From the NCBI RefSeq assembly GCF_018141405.1, contig NZ_CP058648.1:3141875-3173874 (forward strand): a DNA stretch of 32,000 nt, read 5' to 3'. Position 1 is the first letter of the stretch, and every line of letters begins with the position of its first letter. Both the position numbers and the translations under genes were made by a program. The DNA is from Serpentinicella alkaliphila (GTDB taxonomy: Bacteria > Bacillota > Clostridia > Peptostreptococcales > Natronincolaceae). The notes below the pieces were generated by a model that did no database searches, had not been told where the DNA came from, and worked only from the letters and a program-made list of their open reading frames with translations. Of this stretch, positions 1-8,447 are shown piece by piece.

Positions 1-16
1 GCCTTTTTTTATTCTA

Positions 17-1258
17 TTAAAATATTTTAATTGCATAGATTATAACCATTGAAATAAATGTAAGTGGTATTAAAAAGATATAGTTTCGATACAAGCTTTT
101 TAAACGTACTTGAAAATATTCTAATGTTAATATTTGACAAAGATGTAGTGGTGAAATGTAATAAAATAAAAAAGAAGTCGTAAAAATAAACATTGCATAC
201 ATAAGTCTAATCTCATAGGTAGGAGCTAAAGGCAGAATTAAAGGGAATAAAATAGCAATACCAGGCTGCGGTGAGGCTAATGATATACAAATTACACCAC
301 TGGCTATAAATATCATCAGTTCTAAAGGCATCCCACGATCTAATAATCCGCTTAAAAACATATGAATTTCACTTAAATCAGTAACAATGTTTCTATAGAA
401 TAGTATACCAATTACGGTTAATACTAAAGGGATTTTTAAGCCTTTGTATATAGTTTTTATTGCATGTTCATCTATTTTAAATCTAGAATCTTTTCTTTTA
501 TCATACATGTTAACAGCAATACAATAACATATACCGATTATTAATGAAATATAAAAAGGAACTTTAAAAACAATGGTACCTAGTAAACTTATAATAATTG
601 GTAAGGCATATAGAATAAACCGAAATATAGATTTTATATATTCTATATTGCTTAATTTTTTGATTTCTGGGTCTTTATAATTTCTTATAAATAATATATA
701 TCCAAATATATACATAAATAAGCCTATAGGTAGTTGTATCCTAATCAGGTCCCATGCATCTATGCCTCCAATTTTTGAAGCTAAAATCATAGCAGGTGAA
801 ATTGGGAATATAAGATACAAAGTATGGCGAAAAATTAAGTTTATAGTTGCTTTTTCATCATTTGTCATTGACAACCTATCTCCTAATCTACCTACAATAG
901 GACAAGACATTAAAGCCCCACCATATACGGAAAGGGTTCCCATAATAGATGGTGCCAACAATATAGTAAGTTTAGCACTTCTAAGAACTATTTCTAAAGC
1001 CGATACCATTCTGCCTAAAATTAAATATTGATCCATTAAATATGCTAGAATTGTTATTAAACTAATAGTGAAGGCTAATGTAATCGTAGTGCTATCATTT
1101 AATGTACTAATAAATTTAGCTACAATATACCCCATACTTCTTCCATTTAATAATGCAAGTACAGTTGCGGCTACAACCATCGAATAACCCATATTTACTT
1201 TCTTATTAACTAAAATCAAAATAATCGCCAATGAAATACCTAATGATAGTACAATCAT
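17..1258 (-). CDS. Polytopic membrane protein, putative transporter (DUF401-like)
   Basis: 413-aa ORF that is hydrophobic throughout (about 10-12 predicted helices) with no soluble domain. The DUF401-type family resemblance is from memory only. Confidence 0.7.
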   Translation of the reverse strand: MIVLSLGISLAIILILVNKKVNMGYSMVVAATVLALLNGRSMGYIVAKFISTLNDSTTITLAFTISLITILAYLMDQYLILGRMVSALEIVLRSAKLTILLAPSIMGTLSVYGGALMSCPIVGRLGDRLSMTNDEKATINLIFRHTLYLIFPISPAMILASKIGGIDAWDLIRIQLPIGLFMYIFGYILFIRNYKDPEIKKLSNIEYIKSIFRFILYALPIIISLLGTIVFKVPFYISLIIGICYCIAVNMYDKRKDSRFKIDEHAIKTIYKGLKIPLVLTVIGILFYRNIVTDLSEIHMFLSGLLDRGMPLELMIFIASGVICISLASPQPGIAILFPLILPLAPTYEIRLMYAMFIFTTSFLFYYISPLHLCQILTLEYFQVRLKSLYRNYIFLIPLTFISMVIIYAIKIF

Positions 1259-1363
1259 AATCTCAGTCCTTATTTAAATTTAACATACTATAACTTATAT
1301 CATAGTTTTCTAATGATATGAATAATTATTTTCATTACTATCATCTTATATATTATTTAAACC

Positions 1364-1407
1364 AATAAAAATAATGCCAGATTCTAAGTAAATAAAACCC
1401 GGCACTA
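1364..1407 (-). terminator. Possible rho-independent terminator after the lipoprotein gene
   Basis: On the minus strand, TAGTGCCGG ... CTGGCATTA forms a 9-bp stem with two G-U pairs and an 18-nt loop. It is followed by TTTTTATT. Confidence 0.4.
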
Positions 1408-1410
1408 TTT

Positions 1411-2088
1411 CTAAATAAATATTTCAATTTCACTTTTTGACTTTAGATAATTGATTAGTTCTTCAAATCTTTCTAAAAATTTCTGTTGATTAATTTCATC
1501 CTCTAATCTAGCTCTGATTTCTTCTAATGGTGGAAGTTCCTCAAGTCTGTTTTTATACTCCTCATATAGTGACAGAAGTTCTTCTTCAGTTACATCTACA
1601 TCACGCATTTCATTTTTAGTGTAATCAGATAACACTTTATCCCTTGTAATCTTTACTCTAAAAGTATCTAGTGTTAATCCATTTGAGCCTAATACTTCTA
1701 AAAACTCTTCTTCACTATCAAATTGAGATTTAAATAGTTCAATCTCTTTATCGATTTCTTCATCTGATACTTCGTAGTTATTTTCTAAGGCATATCTATA
1801 TACTAGTTCCTCTTGAATTAGAATATTTAAAGCTTCGCCCTCTAACATAGACAATAATTCCTTATTATCATCACTATCAAAATCTAGATTGAATTGCTGG
1901 TAGTATAGTTTCATATCATCAACCATAGTTTTAAATTGGTCCCATTTAATTTCAACACCATTTACAGTAGCTACAACATCGATAGATGGTTCATCTATCG
2001 GATTTATGACTTCCTCATTCTTAGTACATGCTGAAAGTGATACTAATAGAATTAATGCAGTAATTATTGCCACCATTTTTTTTTGCAA
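1411..2088 (-). CDS. Lipoprotein with SurA/PrsA N-terminal chaperone-like domain
   Basis: The ORF track starts at 2106. A TTG at 2088 is preceded by GGAAGGGG (2104-2097, 8-nt spacing) and yields MQKKMVAIITALILLVSLSAC, a classic lipoprotein signal with lipobox LSAC. The acidic helical body (VATVNGVEIKWDQF...) resembles a SurA_N-type domain. Confidence 0.7.
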   Translation of the reverse strand: MQKKMVAIITALILLVSLSACTKNEEVINPIDEPSIDVVATVNGVEIKWDQFKTMVDDMKLYYQQFNLDFDSDDNKELLSMLEGEALNILIQEELVYRYALENNYEVSDEEIDKEIELFKSQFDSEEEFLEVLGSNGLTLDTFRVKITRDKVLSDYTKNEMRDVDVTEEELLSLYEEYKNRLEELPPLEEIRARLEDEINQQKFLERFEELINYLKSKSEIEIFI

Positions 2089-2159
2089 GTTAAAAACCCC
2101 TTCCAAGTCCTAAATTTTATGCCCACCTCTAGATGCATATTAACAGATACTACACAAAC

Positions 2160-2180
2160 AATGTGAACTTAATATGAACA
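2160..2180 (-). promoter_or_regulatory. Direct-repeat operator-like element, copy A (minus strand TGTTCATATTAAGTTCACATT)
   Basis: 19/21 identical to 4270-4290. It consists of two TTCAYA half-sites with a 5-nt spacer (11-bp period), located 72-92 nt upstream of the lipoprotein start. Confidence 0.45.
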
Positions 2181-2327
2181 TTATAAGCTAATTAATATAA
2201 AAAAACAATATTTCTACACTAATAGCTTAGATTCCTTATTTTAACTAAAAGTTTACTTAGATCTCATTAAGTTCTCTACGTTCTAAATTTTTCTCTTTAT
2301 ATTATAACTTTAGTCCTGAAAGACTAT

Positions 2328-2359
2328 AGAGCTAGACTATAGTCCATAAGCCTAGCTCT
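2328..2359 (-). terminator. Stem-loop just downstream of ftsH (weak terminator or processing structure)
   Basis: AGAGCTAG (2328-2335) pairs with CTAGCTCT (2352-2359). No clean U-tract follows on the minus strand. Confidence 0.3.
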
Positions 2360-2367
2360 GCATATTT

Positions 2368-4188
2368 TTAATTTAATAATATCCTCATAAACTCTTCTCC
2401 TGTAATTGTCTCTCTTTCTATTAAATATCTTGATAATTGATGGAGTTTATCCATGTTTTCCTTAAGAATATTTATTGCTTTTTCATGGGCTTTCTTTATA
2501 ATTCCAAGTACTTCCTCATCAATTTTTGATGCAGTCTCAGGAGAACAGATTAAAGAAGAATCTCCGCCAAGATACTGATTTGAAACGGTTTCAAGAACCA
2601 TCATATCAAAGTTTCTACTCATACCTAGCCTTGTTACCATCATCCGAGCAATTTTTGTAGCCTGTTCAATATCATTCGAAGCCCCAGAAGTATATGTTCC
2701 AAATACTAATTCCTCTGCAGCCCGACCACCTGTGAAAGTTGTAATTTTATTAAAAGCTTCTTCCTTAGTCATCAGAACATTTTCTTCCTGAGCAACTTGC
2801 ATAGTATATCCAAGGGCTCCGGATGTTCGAGGTACTATTGTAATTTTGTGTACCGGTGCTGATTCCATCTGTTTAGCTGCAACAATTGCATGACCAATTT
2901 CATGATATGCTATTATTTGTTTCTCCTTAGGTGAAATAACGGCTCCCTTTCGTTGGTATCCAGCTATAACAACCTCTACGGCTTCCTCTAAATCACTTTG
3001 AATAACATAGTTGCGACCACACCTTACTGCTCTTAAGGCACCTTCATTAATAATATTTGCTAACTCAGCTCCAGATGCTCCAGAGGTTGCCCTAGCTATC
3101 CCATTAAAATCAACATCACTATCGAATTTTATTTTTTTTGCATGTACTTTTAAAATAGACTCTCTACCTACTAGGTCAGGTAATTCTACAGGAACACGTC
3201 TATCAAATCGTCCCGGCCTTAGCAAAGCCTTATCCAAAGATTCCGGTCTATTTGTAGCTGCAAGTATTACTACTCCCTTTTCACCACTAAACCCATCCAT
3301 TTCTGTTAATAACTGATTTAAGGTCTGCTCCCTTTCATCGTTTCCACCTAACCCACCATTATCACGTTTTTTACCAATTGTATCAATTTCATCTATAAAG
3401 ATTATACATGGGGCTTTTTCCTGAGCCTGCTTGAATAGATCCCTAACTCTTGCAGCACCCATACCAACAAACATCTCTACAAATTCAGAACCTGATATAG
3501 AAAAGAATGGTACCTTCGCTTCACCTGCTACAGCCTTCGCTAGTAGAGTTTTTCCTGTGCCAGGAGGCCCTACTAATAAGGCACCCTTTGGCATAATAGC
3601 CCCAATCTCTTTAAATTTAGTTGGATTATTTAGAAAATCTACAATTTCACTCAAGGCTTCCTTTGCTTCGTTCTGTCCTGCCACATCTGAAAATGTTTTC
3701 CCTGTCTGTGCTTCTACGTAAACTTTTGCATTACTTTTACCAAAGCCCATCACATTGTTAGTGCCCATCATCTTTTGTAGTGGCTTTGTAATCATTTGTA
3801 CAATGGCAACAAATAATAATATTGGGAAAATCCAAGTTAAAATAAAATTTACCAAAGGTGAGTTTTGTTTCGGAATTACCTTAGAGAACTGTATATCTGC
3901 GTTATAAAGGCGGTTTACTAGATCCGGATCATCTACTCGCCCTGTCATAAATATCTGTTCCTCTCCTAGTTCATTTTCAATAATGTATGCAATTTGATTA
4001 TCTTGAATTTCAGCCGTACTTATATTTCCTTTTTCTATTTCCATTAGGAAAGTACTATAATCCACTTGAGTCACATTCTTTTTAAATATAAATGGGAAAA
4101 CAAATGCATTTAAAAGCAATACCATTATTATTGTTGTAATATAGAAATACACTATAGGTTTTTTTTGATTATTTTTTTCTTTGCTCAT
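2368..4188 (-). CDS. ftsH: ATP-dependent zinc metalloprotease FtsH
   Basis: 606 aa with two N-terminal TM helices. Motifs seen: Walker A GPPGTGKT, Walker B IIFIDEID, second region of homology, zinc site [17 protein letters not shown] lies upstream of the ATG. Confidence 0.97.
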   Translation of the reverse strand: MSKEKNNQKKPIVYFYITTIIMVLLLNAFVFPFIFKKNVTQVDYSTFLMEIEKGNISTAEIQDNQIAYIIENELGEEQIFMTGRVDDPDLVNRLYNADIQFSKVIPKQNSPLVNFILTWIFPILLFVAIVQMITKPLQKMMGTNNVMGFGKSNAKVYVEAQTGKTFSDVAGQNEAKEALSEIVDFLNNPTKFKEIGAIMPKGALLVGPPGTGKTLLAKAVAGEAKVPFFSISGSEFVEMFVGMGAARVRDLFKQAQEKAPCIIFIDEIDTIGKKRDNGGLGGNDEREQTLNQLLTEMDGFSGEKGVVILAATNRPESLDKALLRPGRFDRRVPVELPDLVGRESILKVHAKKIKFDSDVDFNGIARATSGASGAELANIINEGALRAVRCGRNYVIQSDLEEAVEVVIAGYQRKGAVISPKEKQIIAYHEIGHAIVAAKQMESAPVHKITIVPRTSGALGYTMQVAQEENVLMTKEEAFNKITTFTGGRAAEELVFGTYTSGASNDIEQATKIARMMVTRLGMSRNFDMMVLETVSNQYLGGDSSLICSPETASKIDEEVLGIIKKAHEKAINILKENMDKLHQLSRYLIERETITGEEFMRILLN

Positions 4189-4269
4189 GTTCTAACCCCC
4201 TTACTGAGAATTCATATTAGCCTTTTCTAAACCAAGTACGAATCACCTTATATTTTTTTATATACCATA

Positions 4270-4290
4270 AATATGAACTCAATATGAACA
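4270..4290 (-). promoter_or_regulatory. Direct-repeat operator-like element, copy B (minus strand TGTTCATATTGAGTTCATATT)
   Basis: Near-identical to copy A and located 82-102 nt upstream of the ftsH ATG. A TGgTATATA extended -10-like sequence follows 18 nt after the first TTCATA. Confidence 0.45.
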
Positions 4291-4383
4291 TGCTTTTATA
4301 ATTAGTGCCCCCGTCCGTAACTCTTTTTTTTTTACTCTATCTTTAGTTTGGTGAATATAATATATTATTCCTACTGTTTTGTT

Positions 4384-4412
4384 GGTTCATATTTCGGGTA
4401 GATATTTATAAT
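4384..4412 (+). promoter_or_regulatory. Candidate sigma-A promoter of the nqr operon
   Basis: Perfect TATAAT at 4407-4412. There is only a weak -35 (GGTTCA/GTTCAT) at 16-17 nt. An alternative TATAAT sits at 4356-4361 with an even weaker -35. Confidence 0.35.
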
Positions 4413-4444
4413 ATCTTATTAATATTGTGGGGGAGTGAGTGTTT

Positions 4445-5404
4445 ATGTCTTTTCTTAACAGAGTATTTATTAAGCAAATTTTAATGAGAAAGGTAATATA
4501 TAGCTTAATACCAATTATCATAATTTCAACCTACTATTTTGGCCTAAGGGCAATTGTTTTAATGTCGGTTACCACAGTATTTGCAATTATTACTGAATTT
4601 TTATTTGAAAAAAGATTAAACAAAAAGGTAAGTGAGGCTGTTATAGTAACTAGCATCTTATTTACGCTAACTTTACCTGTATCTACTCCTTTTTGGGTAG
4701 CTATTGTAGGTATTATTTTTGGTGTTGTTTTTGCTAAAGAGGTTTTTGGTGGTTTTGGAAGAAATATATTTAATCCAGCACTAGTAGGAAGAACTTTTTT
4801 ATACGTTTGTTTCCCAGAGTATTTAACTATTCAATGGAATTCCCCCTCAATTAATTTTCCAGGAGGTTTTTCTACATACCTAACCCCTTCAATTGATACT
4901 GTAACAAGGTCTACCCCCTTAATAACCTTTGCACAGACAGGCGAATTGGTTCCACTAAAAAACCTTTTTTGGGGTAATATTTCAGGTTCATTAGGTGAAA
5001 CTAGCGCAATTTTAATAATATTAGCTGGTATTTATTTAATATATACTAAAGCAGCGGATTGGCGATTAATGGTATCTCCAATTTTAGGTTTTATGAGCCT
5101 AAATACAATTATATATTTCTCAAATGTAACTTCAATTCCTAACCCGATATGGAGCCTTTTATCCGGCAGTATCATATTTATTTCTGTCTTCTTTGCTACC
5201 GAACCAATTACTGCTCCTAAAACTACTGAAGGTAAATGGATATACGGGACTTTAATTGGTTGTATAACCTTACTAATTAGAATATATGGTATTTTCGTAG
5301 CTGGTGGCATGTTCGCAGTTTTAATAATGAATACCTTTGCACCTATACTAGATGAGGGTATTAAGTTTTATAAAGGCTCTAGAAGTAGGAAGGTGATAGC
5401 ATGA
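4445..5404 (+). CDS. nqrB: Na+-NQR subunit B-type protein (NqrB/RnfD family), N-terminally short
   Basis: Motifs seen: VTSILFTL, AKEVFGGFGRNIFNPALVGR, GSLGETS, FFATEPITAP, MFAVLIMNTFAPILD. I prefer the ATG at 4445 (SD GGGGGAG 4429-4435, 9-nt spacing) over the track GTG at 4439. Confidence 0.85.
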   Translation: MSFLNRVFIKQILMRKVIYSLIPIIIISTYYFGLRAIVLMSVTTVFAIITEFLFEKRLNKKVSEAVIVTSILFTLTLPVSTPFWVAIVGIIFGVVFAKEVFGGFGRNIFNPALVGRTFLYVCFPEYLTIQWNSPSINFPGGFSTYLTPSIDTVTRSTPLITFAQTGELVPLKNLFWGNISGSLGETSAILIILAGIYLIYTKAADWRLMVSPILGFMSLNTIIYFSNVTSIPNPIWSLLSGSIIFISVFFATEPITAPKTTEGKWIYGTLIGCITLLIRIYGIFVAGGMFAVLIMNTFAPILDEGIKFYKGSRSRKVIA

Positions 5405-6015
5405 AAAAATTTAGTCTTAAACCAGTTGTTTTTATGTTTATCCTGACTTTAGTATTTACTCTTGTTCTTTCAACCCTTAATCATGTTACTAAAGATAAAA
5501 TCATGTTAAACGAACTAGTAAAGCAGCAAGCCTCGTTCCTATATGTCTTAAATTTTGATGCTTCAACATTAGACGCAGAAACTATAAATCTGTTATACAA
5601 TGATCATATAAATGAAATTAAGGTCAATGACTTTACACTATATGAAGCATATGAAGATAATAGATTAATCGCATATATACTACCTATTGAAGGAAAAGCA
5701 GTATGGGGTGATCTAAGGGCGTTAATGGCATTAACCCCTGACTTTTCAGAGGTTATAGGTATAGATATCTTGTCTCATAGTGAAACTCCTGGTCTTGGCG
5801 CCAGAATAGATGACATTTCTTTTAAGGAGCAATTTAGGGGAATTAATCTTAATAGAGAAAATGATTTGAATTTCATTATTTACAACCCAAATCCTAATGG
5901 CCAAGTTGATGCAATTTCTGGTGCTACAGGAACATCTAATGCCTTAAGAAGAATTCTAAACGAAAACCTTTATAATTTTTTCGAACATATAAAGGAGGGA
6001 CTAAAAAATGACTAA
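5401..6015 (+). CDS. nqrC: Na+-NQR subunit C-type FMN-binding protein (NqrC/RnfG family)
   Basis: The ATGA start/stop overlaps nqrB. It has an N-terminal TM anchor, HSETPGLGA, and the covalent-FMN motif DAISGATGTS (5908-5928). Confidence 0.85.
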   Translation: MKKFSLKPVVFMFILTLVFTLVLSTLNHVTKDKIMLNELVKQQASFLYVLNFDASTLDAETINLLYNDHINEIKVNDFTLYEAYEDNRLIAYILPIEGKAVWGDLRALMALTPDFSEVIGIDILSHSETPGLGARIDDISFKEQFRGINLNRENDLNFIIYNPNPNGQVDAISGATGTSNALRRILNENLYNFFEHIKEGLKND

Positions 6016-6685
6016 GGAAATAGGTAAAATCTTTTATATTGGTATGTTAAAGGATAATCCAGTATATAGACAGATTTTAGGTATCTGCTCTGCTTTAGCT
6101 GTCACTAACCTTATGATAAACTCATTATTTATGAGTTTAGGTCTTATATTTGTTGCTTCCTTTTCAAGTCTAACGGTATCAATGATTAGACAGCATATAC
6201 CTAGGCATATTAGAATGATGGTGCAAACTCTAATTATTTCAGCATATGTAATTATAGTTGATATTATCCTTCGAGCATATTTTCCATCCATGAGTATAGC
6301 TTTAGGTCCATATGTTGGGTTAATAATTACAAACTGTATTATAATGGGCAGATGTGAATCCTTTGCACAGAACAACAAACCTTTGGCATCTTTTTTCGAT
6401 GGTATGGCCGCAGGTTTAGGTTATATGACAGTTCTATTAACTGTAGCCTTCTTTAGGGAGTTTCTTGGATTTGGAACAATTTTTGGAATAGCTGTGGTTG
6501 GGGACTGGTGGACTAATTGGATATTTATGATAATGCCTCCAGGAGCATTCTTTATGCTTGGTATTTTAATATGGGTTGCTAATTCCTTTATTCCAACTAA
6601 GGAGCAAGATAAAGAAATAGAAATTAAGCCTATAGATATAAATAAAGCTTCACAAGAGACTGTCGTACCAGGAGGTGCCAATTAA
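6008..6685 (+). CDS. nqrD: Na+-NQR subunit D
   Basis: Motifs LGICSALAVT, GLIITNCIIMGRCESFA, FDGMAAGLGY and FFREFLGFG closely resemble Vibrio NqrD rather than RnfE. SD is GGAGGG. It carries an extra hydrophilic C-terminal tail of about 25 aa. Confidence 0.9.
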   Translation: MTKEIGKIFYIGMLKDNPVYRQILGICSALAVTNLMINSLFMSLGLIFVASFSSLTVSMIRQHIPRHIRMMVQTLIISAYVIIVDIILRAYFPSMSIALGPYVGLIITNCIIMGRCESFAQNNKPLASFFDGMAAGLGYMTVLLTVAFFREFLGFGTIFGIAVVGDWWTNWIFMIMPPGAFFMLGILIWVANSFIPTKEQDKEIEIKPIDINKASQETVVPGGAN

Positions 6686-7272
6686 TGAGCGATATTAATC
6701 CTTTAGTAATACTTATGGCTTCAATTTTTACTAACAACATGATATTATCAAATTTTCTAGGTATGTGTTCCTTTATTGCAGTTTCAAATGAAATTAAAAC
6801 TTCTATTGGACTTGGGCAGGCAGTAACTTTTGTACTTGGAGCTACTTCAATTATTAATTACATTATATATAAATATCTACTTGTTCCATACAATCTAGAG
6901 TATTTAAGATATATTGTCTTTATAATAACAATAGCTGCGTTTGTTCAACTAGTCGAGATGGTCGTTGAGCGATATGCTCCGACATTATATTATTCCCTTG
7001 GAATATTTTTACCTCTGATTACAGTTAATTGTGCAATCCTCGGAGTATCACTATTTATGATAATTAGAAGCTACTCACTTATTCAATCATTTTTCTTTGG
7101 TATTGGTTCAGGTTTAGGGTGGACCTTAGCTATCGTTGCAATGGCAGGTATTAAACAGAAAATTAAAAATTCACCTATTCCTAAGGGATTACAAGGCCCC
7201 GGCATTACATTAATCATTACTGGTTTAATGGCTCTAGCCTTTATTGGTTTTTCTGGAATTGTAAAGATATAG
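6685..7272 (+). CDS. nqrE: Na+-NQR subunit E
   Basis: NqrE-type signatures: FLGMCSFIAVS, LGIFLPLITVNCAILG, GIGSGLGWTLAIVAMAGIKQK, GITLIITGLMALAF. SD is GGAGGTG. Confidence 0.9.
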   Translation: MSDINPLVILMASIFTNNMILSNFLGMCSFIAVSNEIKTSIGLGQAVTFVLGATSIINYIIYKYLLVPYNLEYLRYIVFIITIAAFVQLVEMVVERYAPTLYYSLGIFLPLITVNCAILGVSLFMIIRSYSLIQSFFFGIGSGLGWTLAIVAMAGIKQKIKNSPIPKGLQGPGITLIITGLMALAFIGFSGIVKI

Positions 7273-7289
7273 TAGAGGAGTGATATATA

Positions 7290-8387
7290 ATGTCCAGTAT
7301 ATTTGTAACCGTATTTATAATTACTACTATTGCTACAGTTCTAGCTTTATTACTTACCCTAGCAAACTACTATATCGCTGACTATGGAGAGCGAAAAATA
7401 GTTATTAACAACGATAAAGAACTTTATGTAGAGGGCGGTACTACTTTGCTTTCATCCTTAATAAGTAATGAAATATTTATACCTTCTGCCTGTGGTGGCA
7501 AAGGAAATTGTGGCTATTGTAAATGTAAGGTTGAAGAAGGCGGGGGGCCTATTTTAGCGACAGAATTATCCTATTTATCTGAAGATGATAAAAACTGTAA
7601 TATTCGTCTATCATGCCAAGTTAAGGTAAAAGAAAATATGAAAATAGAAATACCTGAGGAGTTATTCAACGTTAAGCAATATAATGTAGTTGTTGAGTTT
7701 GCACGGGATGTTACACCTACTATTAAATATTTAAGATTAGCAATATGTGAAGATAAGGAAATACAATTTAGAGCAGGACAATATATACAGCTACTAGCCC
7801 CTCCCTATGCGGACAGTAATGAAGATGTTTTTAGAGCCTACTCCATAGCCTCTCAATCAACTACAAATAAATATATTGAATTACTAATAGGTTATGTACC
7901 AGACGGAATCGTAACCACTTATGTCCACAAACACCTAACCAAAGGTGATAAAGTTACTTTTAATGGTCCCTATGGTGATTTTTATTTATCCGATTCGGAC
8001 TGCGATATTGTCCTTGTAGCTGTAGGAACAGGAATGGCACCAATTCGAAGTATTTTGCTTGATATAAAAGATAAGAAAATAAGCCGTAATGTTATCTTTT
8101 TCTTTGGTGCTAGGACAGAAGATGATTTATTTATGATTGATGAAATGAAAAGACTTGAAGAAGAGCTTCCACAATTCACATTTGTCCCTACATTATCTAG
8201 ACCTGATAAAAATAGTTGGAATGGCGAGGTTGGAAGAGTTACTGACATGATTGATAAATACTTAGAATATAAAGAGGGAAGGGAAGCCTATCTTTGTGGA
8301 AATGGGCCTATGATTAAATCAACGGTCAACCACTTAATAGATAAGGGTTTCTCTGAAGACAACATTTATTATGATAGTTTTGATTAA
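7290..8387 (+). CDS. nqrF: Na+-NQR subunit F (TM anchor + 2Fe-2S ferredoxin + FAD/NADH oxidoreductase)
   Basis: N-terminal TM helix, then the cluster CGGKGNCGYCKC...C. FAD site RAYSIAS and NAD site VGTGMAPIRS are present, along with YLCGNGPMI. SD is GAGGAG. Confidence 0.88.
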   Translation: MSSIFVTVFIITTIATVLALLLTLANYYIADYGERKIVINNDKELYVEGGTTLLSSLISNEIFIPSACGGKGNCGYCKCKVEEGGGPILATELSYLSEDDKNCNIRLSCQVKVKENMKIEIPEELFNVKQYNVVVEFARDVTPTIKYLRLAICEDKEIQFRAGQYIQLLAPPYADSNEDVFRAYSIASQSTTNKYIELLIGYVPDGIVTTYVHKHLTKGDKVTFNGPYGDFYLSDSDCDIVLVAVGTGMAPIRSILLDIKDKKISRNVIFFFGARTEDDLFMIDEMKRLEEELPQFTFVPTLSRPDKNSWNGEVGRVTDMIDKYLEYKEGREAYLCGNGPMIKSTVNHLIDKGFSEDNIYYDSFD

Positions 8388-8401
8388 CAACTATAAAAAG
8401 G

Positions 8402-8429
8402 TAATCCCTCATAAATACATGGGGGATTA
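8402..8429. terminator. Bidirectional terminator between nqrF and the helicase gene
   Basis: TAATCCCTCAT / ATGGGGGATTA forms an 11-bp stem (one G-U pair) with a 6-nt loop. It is flanked by AAAAAGG upstream and TCTTT downstream. Confidence 0.55.
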
Positions 8430-8447
8430 TCTTTACTCAAATATATT

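Noticed and set aside
2160-2180. A Rex (redox) operator or a sigma-E -35 box as the explanation for the TGTGAAC/TGAACA element.
   Set aside because: Rex sites are inverted repeats (TTGTGAA-N6-TTCACAA), and these are direct repeats. TCATATT matches a sigma-E-type -35, but no CATACA-like -10 follows at 13-15 nt in any copy.
4445-7272. Interpreting the first four genes as RnfD-RnfG-RnfE-RnfA of a clostridial Rnf complex.
   Set aside because: The sequence signatures match Nqr subunits rather than Rnf: AKEVFGGxGRN in B, CSALAVT in D, MCSFIAVS in E. The cluster ends with an NqrF-type gene, and rnfC and rnfB are absent. Confirmation still needs phylogeny.
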